From an uncultured Arenibacter sp. (GTDB lineage Bacteria > Bacteroidota > Bacteroidia > Flavobacteriales > Flavobacteriaceae), in NCBI GenBank assembly GCA_965652575.1, contig CBFGWQ010000001.1, positions 1 to 52,033 on the forward strand: a DNA stretch of 52,033 bases, given 5' to 3'. Below the pieces are notes generated by a model. The model searched no databases and was not told the origin of the DNA. It saw only the letters and a program-made list of their open reading frames with translations. The translations under genes and the position numbers were made by a program. This document shows, piece after piece, positions 39,340 through 50,400 of the stretch. The first letter of the stretch is position 1. The number at the start of each line of letters is the position of its first letter.

Positions 39340-40800
39340 CTATGTTAAGATATCATTTACAACATTGCCCGCCACATCTGTGAGTCTAAAGCGACGGCCC
39401 TGATATTTATAAATTAATTGTTCGTGGTCCAATCCCAGATTATTCATAATAGTGGCATGGAAATCGTTGATATGAACCGGGTTTTTTACAATATTATAGC
39501 CAAACTCATCCGTTTCCCCATAGGTAATGCCCGGCTTTATACCGCCCCCGGCCATCCATATACTAAAGGCCCTGGGGTGATGGTCCCTACCGTAATTTTT
39601 TGGATCAAAGTTTCCTTGGCAATAATTGGTCCTTCCAAACTCCCCGCCCCATATAACCAAGGTATCCTCCAACATGCCACGTTGTTTCAAATCCAGAATC
39701 AGGGCCGCGGAAGCCTGATCCACATCCTTGGCCTGGCCTGCCATTTCATTGGGCAGATTGCCGTGCTGGTCCCACCCCTGATGGTACAACTGAATAAAAC
39801 GGACCCCATTCTCTGCAAGTCTACGGGCCTGCAGGCAATTGGCGGCATAAGTGCCGGGAATCTGGGAATCTTCCCCGTATAATTTTATTATGGATTCCGG
39901 TTCTTTTTTGATATCCATAACATCGGGTACGGACATCTGCATTCTATAAGCCATTTCATACTGGGCGATCCTTGATTCTATCTCATCATCCCCGGTCTCA
40001 ACATGATGGATTTTGTTCAAGGAGGATACGTGATCCAATAAATGCCTTTTATCGGAACGGGAAAGTCCGTCCGGATCGTTCAAATATAAAACAGGATCTT
40101 TTCCGGAGCGCAATAGTACCCCCTGGTGCTTGGAATCCAAGAATCCGCTGGACCATAACTTGGAATACAGCCCTTGGCTATTGCCCTTTCCCCTGGAGGT
40201 AAGCACCACAAAGGAGGGCAGGTTCTGATTTTCACTTCCCAGACCATAACTCATCCAGGATCCCATACTTGGGCGACCCGATTGCTGGCTTCCTGTTTGA
40301 AAAAAGGTAATGGCCGGATCATGGTTTATGGCCTCGGTATGCATACTTCTAACAATACAGATCTCATCCGAAATTTTGGCGATATGCGGAAAAAATTCAC
40401 TTACCCAGGCACCGCTTTTACCATGCTGGGCAAATTTGGCCGCAGAAGGCATTAAGGGAAATTTATCCTGCCCTGCGGTCATACCCGTAAGCCGTTGCCC
40501 ATTCCTAATAGATTCCGGCAGATCTTCGCCCATCCGCTTTGTAAGGGTCGGTTTATAATCAAAGGATTCCAACTGTGACGGTGCCCCGGATTGGAACAAA
40601 TAAATTACCCTTTTCGCCTTGGGGGCAAAATGGGGAATTCCCAATGGCTGGGCCGCCAAGGGTTTGGGACCACCTTTAAAAAGGTCGGGGATCAACAAAG
40701 ACCCCAAAGCCAATGAGCCGATTCCCACACTCAATTGGGAGAAGAAATGTCTTCGGTTTACCTTTAGGGGATTTTCAGAATTTAACTTGTCTTCCTCCAT
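39340..40800 (-). CDS. DUF1501 family Tat-exported protein (copy 2)
   Basis: NRRHFF; PKAKRVIYLFQSGAPSQ, INHDPA, GWDQH, WGGEFGRT, GRDHH. Confidence 0.9.
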   Translation of the reverse strand: MEEDKLNSENPLKVNRRHFFSQLSVGIGSLALGSLLIPDLFKGGPKPLAAQPLGIPHFAPKAKRVIYLFQSGAPSQLESFDYKPTLTKRMGEDLPESIRNGQRLTGMTAGQDKFPLMPSAAKFAQHGKSGAWVSEFFPHIAKISDEICIVRSMHTEAINHDPAITFFQTGSQQSGRPSMGSWMSYGLGSENQNLPSFVVLTSRGKGNSQGLYSKLWSSGFLDSKHQGVLLRSGKDPVLYLNDPDGLSRSDKRHLLDHVSSLNKIHHVETGDDEIESRIAQYEMAYRMQMSVPDVMDIKKEPESIIKLYGEDSQIPGTYAANCLQARRLAENGVRFIQLYHQGWDQHGNLPNEMAGQAKDVDQASAALILDLKQRGMLEDTLVIWGGEFGRTNYCQGNFDPKNYGRDHHPRAFSIWMAGGGIKPGITYGETDEFGYNIVKNPVHINDFHATIMNNLGLDHEQLIYKYQGRRFRLTDVAGNVVNDILT

Positions 40801-40805
40801 AATCG

Positions 40806-43148
40806 TTATTCTTTGGTAATTGTTTCATCAAGATTGTAGATTACCTGTGCCGTAAGCATCAGTGCGGCCGTCTTTGCCGGATCCGTATCCAAACTTTTAT
40901 ATTCTCCCTGGGCCACCAATTTTTCGGCATTCTCCTTTTCGTTCAAGAACTTTTCCAGGGCATCGGTATAATATTCCTCCAAGACCTTTTTTTCCTCCTC
41001 CTTGGGATTCCTCACCAAGATACGCCGAAATACTGTGGTAACCCACATTTCAGCATCCCTGGTATCCGCAATGGTATTTTCTGCCAACACCCGGGCCGCC
41101 TCCAACATTTGAACATCGTTCTGTAGTGCCAGGGCCTGTAAAGGGGTATTGGTCTTTTGCCTCCTTACCTCACAGATATCCCTATTGGGCGCATCAAAAA
41201 TGGACATGCTGGGCGGTGGCAAGGTCCGTTTCCATAAGGTGTACAGTGAACGTCGGTACAATTTATCGCCTTCATCGGCAATATAGGTGGTAAGCACCCC
41301 CCTATTGCCCCCGGCGTTGGTCTCTTCCCATAGCCCCGGGGGCTGGTACGGTTTTACGCTGGGACCGCCGATCTCCCTGTTCAATAAGCCACTGGTGGCC
41401 AGAACATAGTCCCTTATGATCTCCCCGCTCATCCTGAACCTTGGGGCCCTGGATAGCCACTTGTTGTCCGGGTCCGACTTTTTGGACTCCTCAGTAGCTA
41501 TGGAACTTTGCTGATAGGTAGCGGACAGCATTATTTTCTTCAGCAGATATTTTATGTCCCAACCGTGTTCCATAAAATCCTTGGACAACCAATCCAATAA
41601 TTGGGGGTGACTGGGCAGACTGCCCTGAACCCCGAAATCCTCAGAGGTTTCCACAAGTCCGTTCCCGAACACCATTGCCCATACCCTGTTCACGAAGACC
41701 CTAGAGGTCAACGGATTGTTTTCATCGGTCACCCATTGGGCCAGTCCCAATCTGTTCTTTGGGAGCTTTTCCGAGAAAGGAAGTATTATTTCCGGGGCAT
41801 TGGGGGTTACCTCCTCCCCGGGACTGTCATACTCCCCTCTGTTGAAAATATAGGTTGTCCTCGGCATGGAATCGTTCATCACCATCACTTTAACATCTTC
41901 CCCTTCGGACTTATTGATAAAGGATAGCACCCCATTGGTCTCCTCATCGGTAATGGTCATAAAGGGGGCGTCCGCAAAATATTTCTGATTGGCAGCCTGC
42001 ACGGCATCCATACGCAGCCCCATCTCGTTCACATTATTGAAAAAGGAATAGATCTCGTAATAATCCTTTTGGGACAGCTGATCGTACTTGTGATCATGGC
42101 ACTTGGCACATTCCAGGGTAAGGCCCAATATACCCTTCCCCAAAGTATTGGTACGGTCCACTACATAATAGGACTGGTATTCCTCCTGGATAACACCGCC
42201 TTCCTGTGTAATGGGATGGTTCCTATTGAACCCGGTGGCCAGCACCTGTTCCTTAGTGGCATTGGGCATAAGGTCGCCCGCCAATTGCACCTTTAGGAAC
42301 CCATCATAGGGCATATTATTATTGAAGGCGTGGATCACCCAGTCCCGCCAGGGCCACATACTCCTATAACTATCGTCTTGATAGCCATGGGAGTCCGCAT
42401 ACCTGGCCACGTCCAGCCAAACCTGGGTCATACGCTCCCCATAGCTTGGGGAAGCCAAAAACTCATCTATGGCCCGCTCCAATAAATCCTCTGAGGAACC
42501 GGAAAGGTATCTTTCCACCTGCACCGCATTGGGAGGAAGGCCCGTAAGATCCAGACTCATTCTCCTGATCAGGGTATGCTCTTCTGCCCTTGCGGAAGGT
42601 ACTAGCCCGTTCTCCTCCAACTTTTCCAAAATAAAGGCATCGATCTCATTTTGTGCCCAATCGGTACGTTCCGTTTTTGGAATATCCGCTTTCTTAGGAG
42701 GAATAAAGGCCCAGTGTTTTTCGAACTTCGCGCCCTGCTCGATCCATTTTTTCAGCAATTTCTTTTCATAAGAATTCAGTTTCAACTGTGAATCCGGTGG
42801 GGGCATCAGCTGTTTCGGATCATCGGTTACCACATGTTGGTACATTAGGCTGTTACCAGGTTTGCCTGCCACAATGGGGTATTTCCCAGGATTCTCCGGC
42901 AGTTCGGAAAATGCGTTGGATTCCAGATCCAGTCGCAGGCCCGCTTTACGCTTATTGGCATCCGGACCGTGGCAGGTATAGCAATTATCCGAAAGTATAG
43001 GCTTAATATGAAAATTATAATCTACAACCTCAGGTAGTTTCTGGTCGGCATAGCTGTCCTTGGAGGATTTGAAAAACCCCGATTTAATTGCGAACAGCAA
43101 GGCCACCAAACCCAATAAAATTACTACTATACTAAGCTTTTGTCTCAT
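40806..43148 (-). CDS. Planctomycete cytochrome c + DUF1549 + DUF1553 di-haem protein (copy 2)
   Basis: IKPILSDNCYTCHGPD, HWAF, WLDVARYADSHG, CAKCHDHKYD, PSHP.LLDWL, TNTPLQAL. Confidence 0.9.
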   Translation of the reverse strand: MRQKLSIVVILLGLVALLFAIKSGFFKSSKDSYADQKLPEVVDYNFHIKPILSDNCYTCHGPDANKRKAGLRLDLESNAFSELPENPGKYPIVAGKPGNSLMYQHVVTDDPKQLMPPPDSQLKLNSYEKKLLKKWIEQGAKFEKHWAFIPPKKADIPKTERTDWAQNEIDAFILEKLEENGLVPSARAEEHTLIRRMSLDLTGLPPNAVQVERYLSGSSEDLLERAIDEFLASPSYGERMTQVWLDVARYADSHGYQDDSYRSMWPWRDWVIHAFNNNMPYDGFLKVQLAGDLMPNATKEQVLATGFNRNHPITQEGGVIQEEYQSYYVVDRTNTLGKGILGLTLECAKCHDHKYDQLSQKDYYEIYSFFNNVNEMGLRMDAVQAANQKYFADAPFMTITDEETNGVLSFINKSEGEDVKVMVMNDSMPRTTYIFNRGEYDSPGEEVTPNAPEIILPFSEKLPKNRLGLAQWVTDENNPLTSRVFVNRVWAMVFGNGLVETSEDFGVQGSLPSHPQLLDWLSKDFMEHGWDIKYLLKKIMLSATYQQSSIATEESKKSDPDNKWLSRAPRFRMSGEIIRDYVLATSGLLNREIGGPSVKPYQPPGLWEETNAGGNRGVLTTYIADEGDKLYRRSLYTLWKRTLPPPSMSIFDAPNRDICEVRRQKTNTPLQALALQNDVQMLEAARVLAENTIADTRDAEMWVTTVFRRILVRNPKEEEKKVLEEYYTDALEKFLNEKENAEKLVAQGEYKSLDTDPAKTAALMLTAQVIYNLDETITKE

Positions 43149-43369
43149 TAGGGAGCTATATTTTCATTTGTTTAAATTGAAAATGGAAGAATTGCACAAA
43201 CCACTATCTTTAGATAAGATGGCACCTCTCCGTGATTTACATATACTACATTATTTATACTAAAATAACAACATATTTTTGATTAAGCCTGTAAAATTTT
43301 CATAATTAACTTCGCTCAAGGCCGGATTCCGATTATATTACACAATATACACTGAACCATAACCAATTT

Positions 43370-44764
43370 TTACATCCCCACTATTATGGAGGGACGACTT
43401 TCTTTTTCTACAAATCTTGCCGCCTCATCTTCGGTTATTGCCGTTCCCCAAGCGTACACACGTTCCAAACCCTTCATTTTTAGAAAGTTTTCAAAACTGG
43501 ACGCCGTAATTTTAGTTTGATATAAATTGAGTCCGGTCATACTTTGGATTCCCGTTAACTCGGCAATACCTACATCTGTAATAGGATTTTTTTCAATTTC
43601 CAATTTCTGAAGGTTTACAAACTGGCCGATGGTTTTTAAATGCCCGTCCTGCACCTTATTGTCCTTTAATGACAACCACAATATATTAAACTTTAATGGA
43701 AGTAACTTTTCCAGCTTTCCTCCCAGTTCGCCTCCATCCTTGGATGTAATCGACTCCGGAGGCAACACTACCTCGTATAAACCGGATTCAAAAATTAATT
43801 CCCGTATCTTGAAACCTGCGTCTTCAATATCCCTCAAAATTTCTGCATTGACCGCTTCCACCTTGGGCAAGGGAATTCCGCTTTTACCGGTCACATCTTC
43901 CAGACCCAACATGTTGGAGGCTATACTGGTTATATCCTCAGGGGTTTCCAAATCGGCCAGCTTTACCTTGAAATCGGCATTGGCCTTTTCTATCCAAAAC
44001 GACAAAATCAATTTCTCCCCATCGGTAAGGGGGGTCTTGCCTTCAGGCGGCATATAATCCTCATGGTGGGGATCCAACATAACCCGTCTGATCATCTCGG
44101 ACTTGGCGGCATTTCCCGCAATAAAGGCATCACCATTCTTTCCTCCTTTTTTATAGGCAACGGAATCCTGAAAGGAGAGTCCGCCCTTTTTCTTACTGGA
44201 GTTATGGCAACTGATGCATTTGGCTTCCATTATTGGGTTTACCAAATAAGCGTAGACCTCGGCCTCCTCTAATTTGGCTATAGGGGGCAACACTTCCTTT
44301 TCCGTTCTTCCAAATGGGGCATATTTTATCAAATAGTCACTTCCATGAGTTAAATTACCCCCATAGTGACCTGTAACACCTACCAACAGGACCACCAAGG
44401 ATAAGCTGGCCATATTAGATTTTAAACCCTTCAATTTTGGTATATTCAACTTGCCCGAATGTATTGCCGAGGCAAAAAATGCCATTATGGTAGTTGCTAT
44501 TCCAAACCAAAAATGTGTGTCCAGCATAGCCTGTTCATAATCGCCTCCCAAAGAAAGCATATACCCTAGAACACTGGCCACCAATGCACTTATGGCCCCA
44601 CCGAACAAGGCCAAACCAATAACCATGGTCAAGGCCGGATCCCTATGCCAGCGCCCATAGATTTCCAAAAGAAAGGCAAAAATCAAAAACCCAATGGGCA
44701 AGTGCACCACCAATGGGTGAAATCTACCTAAAAACAATATAAAATCCGGTATGTTACTTTCCAT
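43370..44764 (-). CDS. Membrane protein: DUF2231-like TM domain + planctomycete cytochrome c + LRRs (copy 1)
   Basis: GRFHPLVVHLPIG, THFW, TGHYGG.LTHG, CISCH, MPP, LRRs; ATG at 44764. Confidence 0.85.
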   Translation of the reverse strand: MESNIPDFILFLGRFHPLVVHLPIGFLIFAFLLEIYGRWHRDPALTMVIGLALFGGAISALVASVLGYMLSLGGDYEQAMLDTHFWFGIATTIMAFFASAIHSGKLNIPKLKGLKSNMASLSLVVLLVGVTGHYGGNLTHGSDYLIKYAPFGRTEKEVLPPIAKLEEAEVYAYLVNPIMEAKCISCHNSSKKKGGLSFQDSVAYKKGGKNGDAFIAGNAAKSEMIRRVMLDPHHEDYMPPEGKTPLTDGEKLILSFWIEKANADFKVKLADLETPEDITSIASNMLGLEDVTGKSGIPLPKVEAVNAEILRDIEDAGFKIRELIFESGLYEVVLPPESITSKDGGELGGKLEKLLPLKFNILWLSLKDNKVQDGHLKTIGQFVNLQKLEIEKNPITDVGIAELTGIQSMTGLNLYQTKITASSFENFLKMKGLERVYAWGTAITEDEAARFVEKESRPSIIVGM

Positions 44765-44803
44765 TGTCAACTTCCAATACTCCTAAATTATAATACTATT
44801 TTT

Positions 44804-45925
44804 TTAAATCCTTTCCAATTTTATGGGTGCCGTACCATAGGCATTCCACTGACATACATATAAATTTTTGTCCGGATCGACAAAAACATCGTGTCCATGG
44901 TTAAAAATGGGAACATTAGAATTATGCATGGTTTGGAGTTCTCCATTAATATACTTGGGAGCCTCACCGCCGGGATTGGAAATTACCTTGTTTTTTCCAT
45001 CCAGTATGGTTACAAAACCCGTATCCCTGACCCATTTTTCGCCATTCCTTGTTTCCGACCAGCAAACTCCCGAATAGATATTTTCATCATCCAGAACGGC
45101 CCTGCAAACAAAGGCACCGGGCAAGTTGAGGGTTTTGATATATTTTCCATCGAGCGTAAAAAATTTAAAGGCATTTTCCGTTCTTGAAGTTACTATCAAT
45201 ACCGGATTTTTACTATCGCGATAATCCACTGCCACTCCATGGGCATTTACCAAATTGTAATTTTTATCGGTATTGTTTTTACCTCCCCATTTACGAATAA
45301 ATTCCCCCTTATGATTGTACTGAAGAATATAATCCGAACCATAGCCATCGGCCACATAAATATCCCCGTTGGGCCCTACGGCCGTCTCTGTGGGCATATA
45401 AGCTTCCTCCTGTTTATAAACCCCGATGGTATGCGGATGCGGTAAGGGAAAAATGAGGCGCCCGTCAACAGTTGTCTTAAACACCTGTCCGGCCTGTGCA
45501 TGGTATTTTCCGGCTTTATCCACAAAATATCCGCAGTCCACGATATAAAGTACATCTTCCCCTCCTTCGTTATGCAAGGTTAAACCATGTCCTCCCGGAT
45601 AACCAGTACCCCAATAGTCCAATAATTTACCCGACTTATCAAATACCAAAATATTATTTGCCGTATGATCCCCGATCATCAGCAACCTCCCCTTACTGTC
45701 CATTTGCATTTCATGACAATTAAGGATAGGATTATGTGCAGTACTTATCCTTGCCCAATCTTTGTGAACCTTATATCGGAAATCTCCGTGCCCCACTATT
45801 GGATCCTCTTGAAATCCTTTCTTTAAAATGTGAAAACCAAAAGAGGGGGTCGCTGCCAGGGCCGTTCCCAACAATACCGTATTACCTAAAAATTTTCTTC
45901 TAGAATTGTTCATATATCTTTTCAT
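44804..45925 (-). CDS. Tat-exported NHL six-bladed beta-propeller, PAL (peptidyl-alpha-hydroxyglycine lyase)-like
   Basis: SRRKFLG; GHG, VADGY, AHG, TSR.EN and GHD motifs. Confidence 0.8.
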   Translation of the reverse strand: MKRYMNNSRRKFLGNTVLLGTALAATPSFGFHILKKGFQEDPIVGHGDFRYKVHKDWARISTAHNPILNCHEMQMDSKGRLLMIGDHTANNILVFDKSGKLLDYWGTGYPGGHGLTLHNEGGEDVLYIVDCGYFVDKAGKYHAQAGQVFKTTVDGRLIFPLPHPHTIGVYKQEEAYMPTETAVGPNGDIYVADGYGSDYILQYNHKGEFIRKWGGKNNTDKNYNLVNAHGVAVDYRDSKNPVLIVTSRTENAFKFFTLDGKYIKTLNLPGAFVCRAVLDDENIYSGVCWSETRNGEKWVRDTGFVTILDGKNKVISNPGGEAPKYINGELQTMHNSNVPIFNHGHDVFVDPDKNLYVCQWNAYGTAPIKLERI

Positions 45926-45945
45926 TTAATTGAATCCATTTTGAG

Positions 45946-47457
45946 TTAGCTAAGAATATCCCTCACCACATCGCCATGTACGTCGGTAAGTCGATACCTA
46001 CGGCCCTGATGTTTAAAGGTCAATCTTTCATGGTCAATTCCAAAAAGGTGCAATAAGGTAGCCTGGAAATCATGGGTATGTACCGGATCTTTGACAATGT
46101 TATAACTAAAGTCATCGGTCTCACCATATGTAAATCCGGGTTTTACCCCTGCCCCTGCCATGAACATGGTAAAGGCCTTGGGATGGTGGTCACGTCCGTA
46201 ATTTGTTTCCGTAAGCTGCCCCTGGGAATAGACCGTGCGGCCAAACTCTCCGCCCCATACCACTAGGGTATCCTCCAGCATGCCCCGTTGTTTTAAATCC
46301 TTTATCAATGCCGCAGTACCTTGATCCGTATTCTTACTTTGATATTTTACCCCACCGGGGCAATTGCCATGTTGATCCCATCCCTGGTGATACAATTGAA
46401 CAAATTTCACATCCTTTTCCAATAATTTACGTGCCATTAAACAATTTGCGGCATACGTACCCGGATTTCGACTATCGGGCCCGTACATATCAAAAATATA
46501 GTCCGGCTCGTCCGACGTATCCGTAACCTCGGGCACGGAAGTCTGCATTCTATAGGCCATTTCATATTGTGCTATCCTGGCATTAATTTCCGGATCCCCA
46601 AAGGCATCGTAAGCCATCCCATTCAATTTTTTCAAATAATCCAGCATTTGCCGGCGATCATTTCCGTCATAGTTCTCAGGGTCTCCCAAATACAGTACGG
46701 GATCCTTTCCCGAACGGAACTGTACCCCCTGATGTTCGGTCGGCAAAAAGCCATTGCCCCACAGACGGGAGTATAAAGGCTGCCCTGAGCCATTTTTGGA
46801 AACCAAAGAAATAAATGTTGGCAAGTTATCATTGTCCGATCCCAATCCATAACTGATCCAAGAACCAATAGAAGGTCTCCCCGGCTGTTGGCTCCCCGTT
46901 TGAAAAAAGGTTATGGCCGGATCATGGTTAATGGCGTCGGTATGCATCCCTTTAATAAAGCACAGGTCATCCACAATCTCTGACAAATAGGGCATAGCCT
47001 CACTGACCCAGGCCCTGGATTCCCCGTACTGTTTAAAATTTAAGGTAGATGCAGCAATAGGAAAAGCGGTCTGATCGGCGCTCATCCCCGTTAGGCGCTG
47101 CCCGGCCCTAATGGAATCCGGTAAATCCTGACCAAACATATCCTTCAGTTTGGGCTTATAATCGAACAGATCCAATTGTGAAGGGCCACCACTTTGAAAA
47201 AGGTATACAATACGCTTAGCCTTGGGCAAATGATGCGGCAACCCCAATTTATTTTTGGCAATAGAATTTAAAGAATTATTGGGATCGGCAACGGGACCAA
47301 CAGCGCTCCAAAGCTTTTCCGACTGCAATAAGGAGCCAAGGGCCATAGCTCCCAGGCCCAAAGAAGTCTTTTTAAAGAACTCCCTTCTATCCCATTGTTT
47401 TTCAATACTTTGAAGATCCCGATTGTTGGATCTTAATTTATCATGATGATCGCACAT
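45946..47457 (-). CDS. DUF1501 family Tat-exported protein (copy 1)
   Basis: DRREFFK; GGPSQLDLFDYKP, INHDPA, GWDQH, WGGEFGRT, GRDHH. Confidence 0.9.
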   Translation of the reverse strand: MCDHHDKLRSNNRDLQSIEKQWDRREFFKKTSLGLGAMALGSLLQSEKLWSAVGPVADPNNSLNSIAKNKLGLPHHLPKAKRIVYLFQSGGPSQLDLFDYKPKLKDMFGQDLPDSIRAGQRLTGMSADQTAFPIAASTLNFKQYGESRAWVSEAMPYLSEIVDDLCFIKGMHTDAINHDPAITFFQTGSQQPGRPSIGSWISYGLGSDNDNLPTFISLVSKNGSGQPLYSRLWGNGFLPTEHQGVQFRSGKDPVLYLGDPENYDGNDRRQMLDYLKKLNGMAYDAFGDPEINARIAQYEMAYRMQTSVPEVTDTSDEPDYIFDMYGPDSRNPGTYAANCLMARKLLEKDVKFVQLYHQGWDQHGNCPGGVKYQSKNTDQGTAALIKDLKQRGMLEDTLVVWGGEFGRTVYSQGQLTETNYGRDHHPKAFTMFMAGAGVKPGFTYGETDDFSYNIVKDPVHTHDFQATLLHLFGIDHERLTFKHQGRRYRLTDVHGDVVRDILS

Positions 47458-47490
47458 ATCCTCCTGTTTAATGCTGTTTTCCTTAAATTA

Positions 47491-50400
47491 TCATCTTTTG
47501 GTGATACAGGCATCCGCATTCATAATGGTATTGGCCACCACCGCATTGGCGGCTACCAAAGCCTTGTTATCCCCGCTGTCCAATGTAAACTCACCTGTAT
47601 TTAGCCAACCTTTGGCCCTTTCCAGATTGGCCTCGAATTTTTTGTATTCATTCTGTTGAAGCTCAACCAATAATTGCAGCTCATCCTGCTTAATTTTCCT
47701 CCCGGTAAGCTGTCTGAAAACATTGGAAATCCCCAATTTCAAATCCCCCGAATCAACCATACGTTTGCCCAAGACTCTGGATGCCTCAATGTAAGTGGGA
47801 TCATTGAGCAACACCAAAGCTTGTAGCGGGGTATTGGTTTCCTGTCGCTGTATGGTACATACATCCCTCGCGGGAGCATCAAAAGTGGCCAAGGTAGGAT
47901 GTGGCACGGAACGTTTCCAAATAGTGTACATACTTCTTCGGTACAGTTTTTCCCCGGTATCCTGCCTGTAGGTGGCATTGTTCACCCTCCAAAGCCCTTC
48001 CGGTTGATAGGGGCTTACGCTTTCACCTCCTATGGTCTTGTTCAACAATCCCGAACCGGCCAGGGCGTTATCGCGCAACATCTCTCCGGACAGTCTTTTC
48101 GAAGGTCCTCTTGCCAAAAGTCGGTTATCGCTATCCATTTCCATCAATTCTTCACTTACCATTGATGACTGTTGATAGGTATGCGACATCACTATCAATT
48201 TCTGAAATGCCTTAACATCCCATCCCGAGTCCCTAAATTGCAGGGCCAACCAATCCAGTAATTTGGGGTGACTGGGCATTTCGCCCTGATTCCCAAAATC
48301 TTCCGAAGTCTTTACCAGGCCAAACCCAAAATAGTGCTGCCAAAACCTGTTCACCGCCACTCTTGCCGTAAGGGGATGATCCTCGTGAAACAACCATTTG
48401 GCAAATCCCAGTCTATTTTTTGGATAGTCTTCCGGCATGGGCAAAATGGCTTTAGGGGTATTGGGAAATACTTCCTCGCCCCTTGCATTGTATACGCCCC
48501 TATCCAAAATGTAGGACGGCACCGGTTCCGGGGTCTCCTCCATAACCATTACCTCTTTTACCTTTTCCACACTATCCACATAACCCTTGCGTAATTCTGC
48601 CAATTTTCGGTGCTGTAATCTGGTGGTTTGGGAAACCGATTTCAAATAGTGTTCCCACAATAATTCTTTATCCAGGGACCCAAGGCCGGCGACCTCTTTC
48701 TTTATCAATTCATTCAACTGAAGATCGTTTGCAAGTTGCATTACCTCAAGACCGGACAATTCCCTTTCATATACCCTTATCTCATCTACTACAGCTCCTT
48801 TTATTCCTTTCCCCCTTAGCCTTGCCCCCAATTGAAGCCCCGGTTCGTTATTGTTTCTAAAAAGAATATCCTTGTACAGATTATCGGTCTTTACTACAGT
48901 CTCCATTTCCTTGCCATCAACGAACAACCTAAACCCTTCCGCCTTACTGGAACCATCATAGGTAATGGCAAAATGTACCCATTGGTCCCGTGGAAACGTA
49001 TTTTTGGAAATTTCTACGATGGCATTGTTGGGCGCCGTATGGGCCATCATCAGCTCCAACCTGTTGTCCACGATCTTAAGGTGATATCCGCGCCAATTGT
49101 ACAAAATGGCCCCATCGCCCTTATGAAAAATATTCCCGTTCCCAATATTTGAGGGTATATTGGCCCATAATCCTATACTGAAGGCATCATTTCTTCCGAA
49201 AACACCTGTTTTTCTCAAATCCAGCCAAGTATCCCCATCCAGCAATACCCCCTTGCCCTGTTTTCCATCGGAAAGGTTTATTTTTTGTCCTTCATTACCT
49301 TCCCGTTTCATGGTGCCCCTTTGCTTTGGATCGATGGCATTTTGCAAACCCTGATCATTTAGATCGAAGTAGGCCGTTAATCCGTTGGAAGGAATTTGCT
49401 TTCCAATGGACCTATATTGCTTATCCGCCAGCCATTTATCAAAATTGTCGGCCACTTCCTGCTGTTCCTGCCTTTTGATTTCCCCTTCTACGTCATTAAT
49501 TAAGCCCTCCATATAGGCCAATACCTTTTCCTCCTCTTCCGTGGTCATCATCAAGGTAGGAACCGGGGTGGCATCGTTCCAGGAAATCTGTCCCGATTCG
49601 TTCACGTTATTAAAAAAACTAGTGAGCTCATAGAAATCCTTATGCGATATGGGATCGTATTTGTGGTCGTGACATCTGGCACAGGCTACGGTCAGCCCCA
49701 TAAACGCCTGCCCGGCCGTACTGGCCCGGTCTACGGCATATTCCACCAAAAACTCCTCATTTACAATACCCCCTTCCATATTTTGTGGATGAACGCGGTT
49801 GAAGGCCGTGGCCAAGATAGTTTCCCGAGTGGGGTTTTCAATTAGGTCCCCTGCCATTTGCCAGGTAACAAACTGCTCATAGGACATATTTTTGTTGAAA
49901 GCATCAATTACCCAATCACGCCAAGGGGACATATCGCGATATCTATCCACACTATATCCGTGAGTATCGGCAAAACGGGCCAAGTCCATCCAATCCAGGG
50001 CCATTTGCTCCCCATAATGGGGAGAGGACAATAATTTGTCCACTACTTTTTCGTAGGCCCTTGGCGAAGTATCCTCTATAAAAGAATCCATTTCCTCCAA
50101 AGTTGGCGGTAATCCGATCAGATCCAGATACAATCTCCTCAATAATAATTCCTTATCCGCTTTGGGAGAGAACTGCAATTTATCCTGTTCCAAACGTGCC
50201 AACACAAAATTATCGATAGGGTTCCGCACAAGGCCTGCCTTGTCCTGGACTTTTGGCACCTCATAGGCCATAGGCTTAATAAATGCCCAATGATCTTTAT
50301 ATTCGGCACCTTGTTCTATCCATTTTATCAACACCGCCTTCTCATGGTCGGACAGGGAAAGATGGGAATCGGGTTCCGGCATTACATAGTTGGGATCGTT

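Noticed and set aside
39340-47457. Calling the DUF1501 proteins sulfatases
   Set aside because: They lack the C/S-x-P/A-x-R formylglycine motif.
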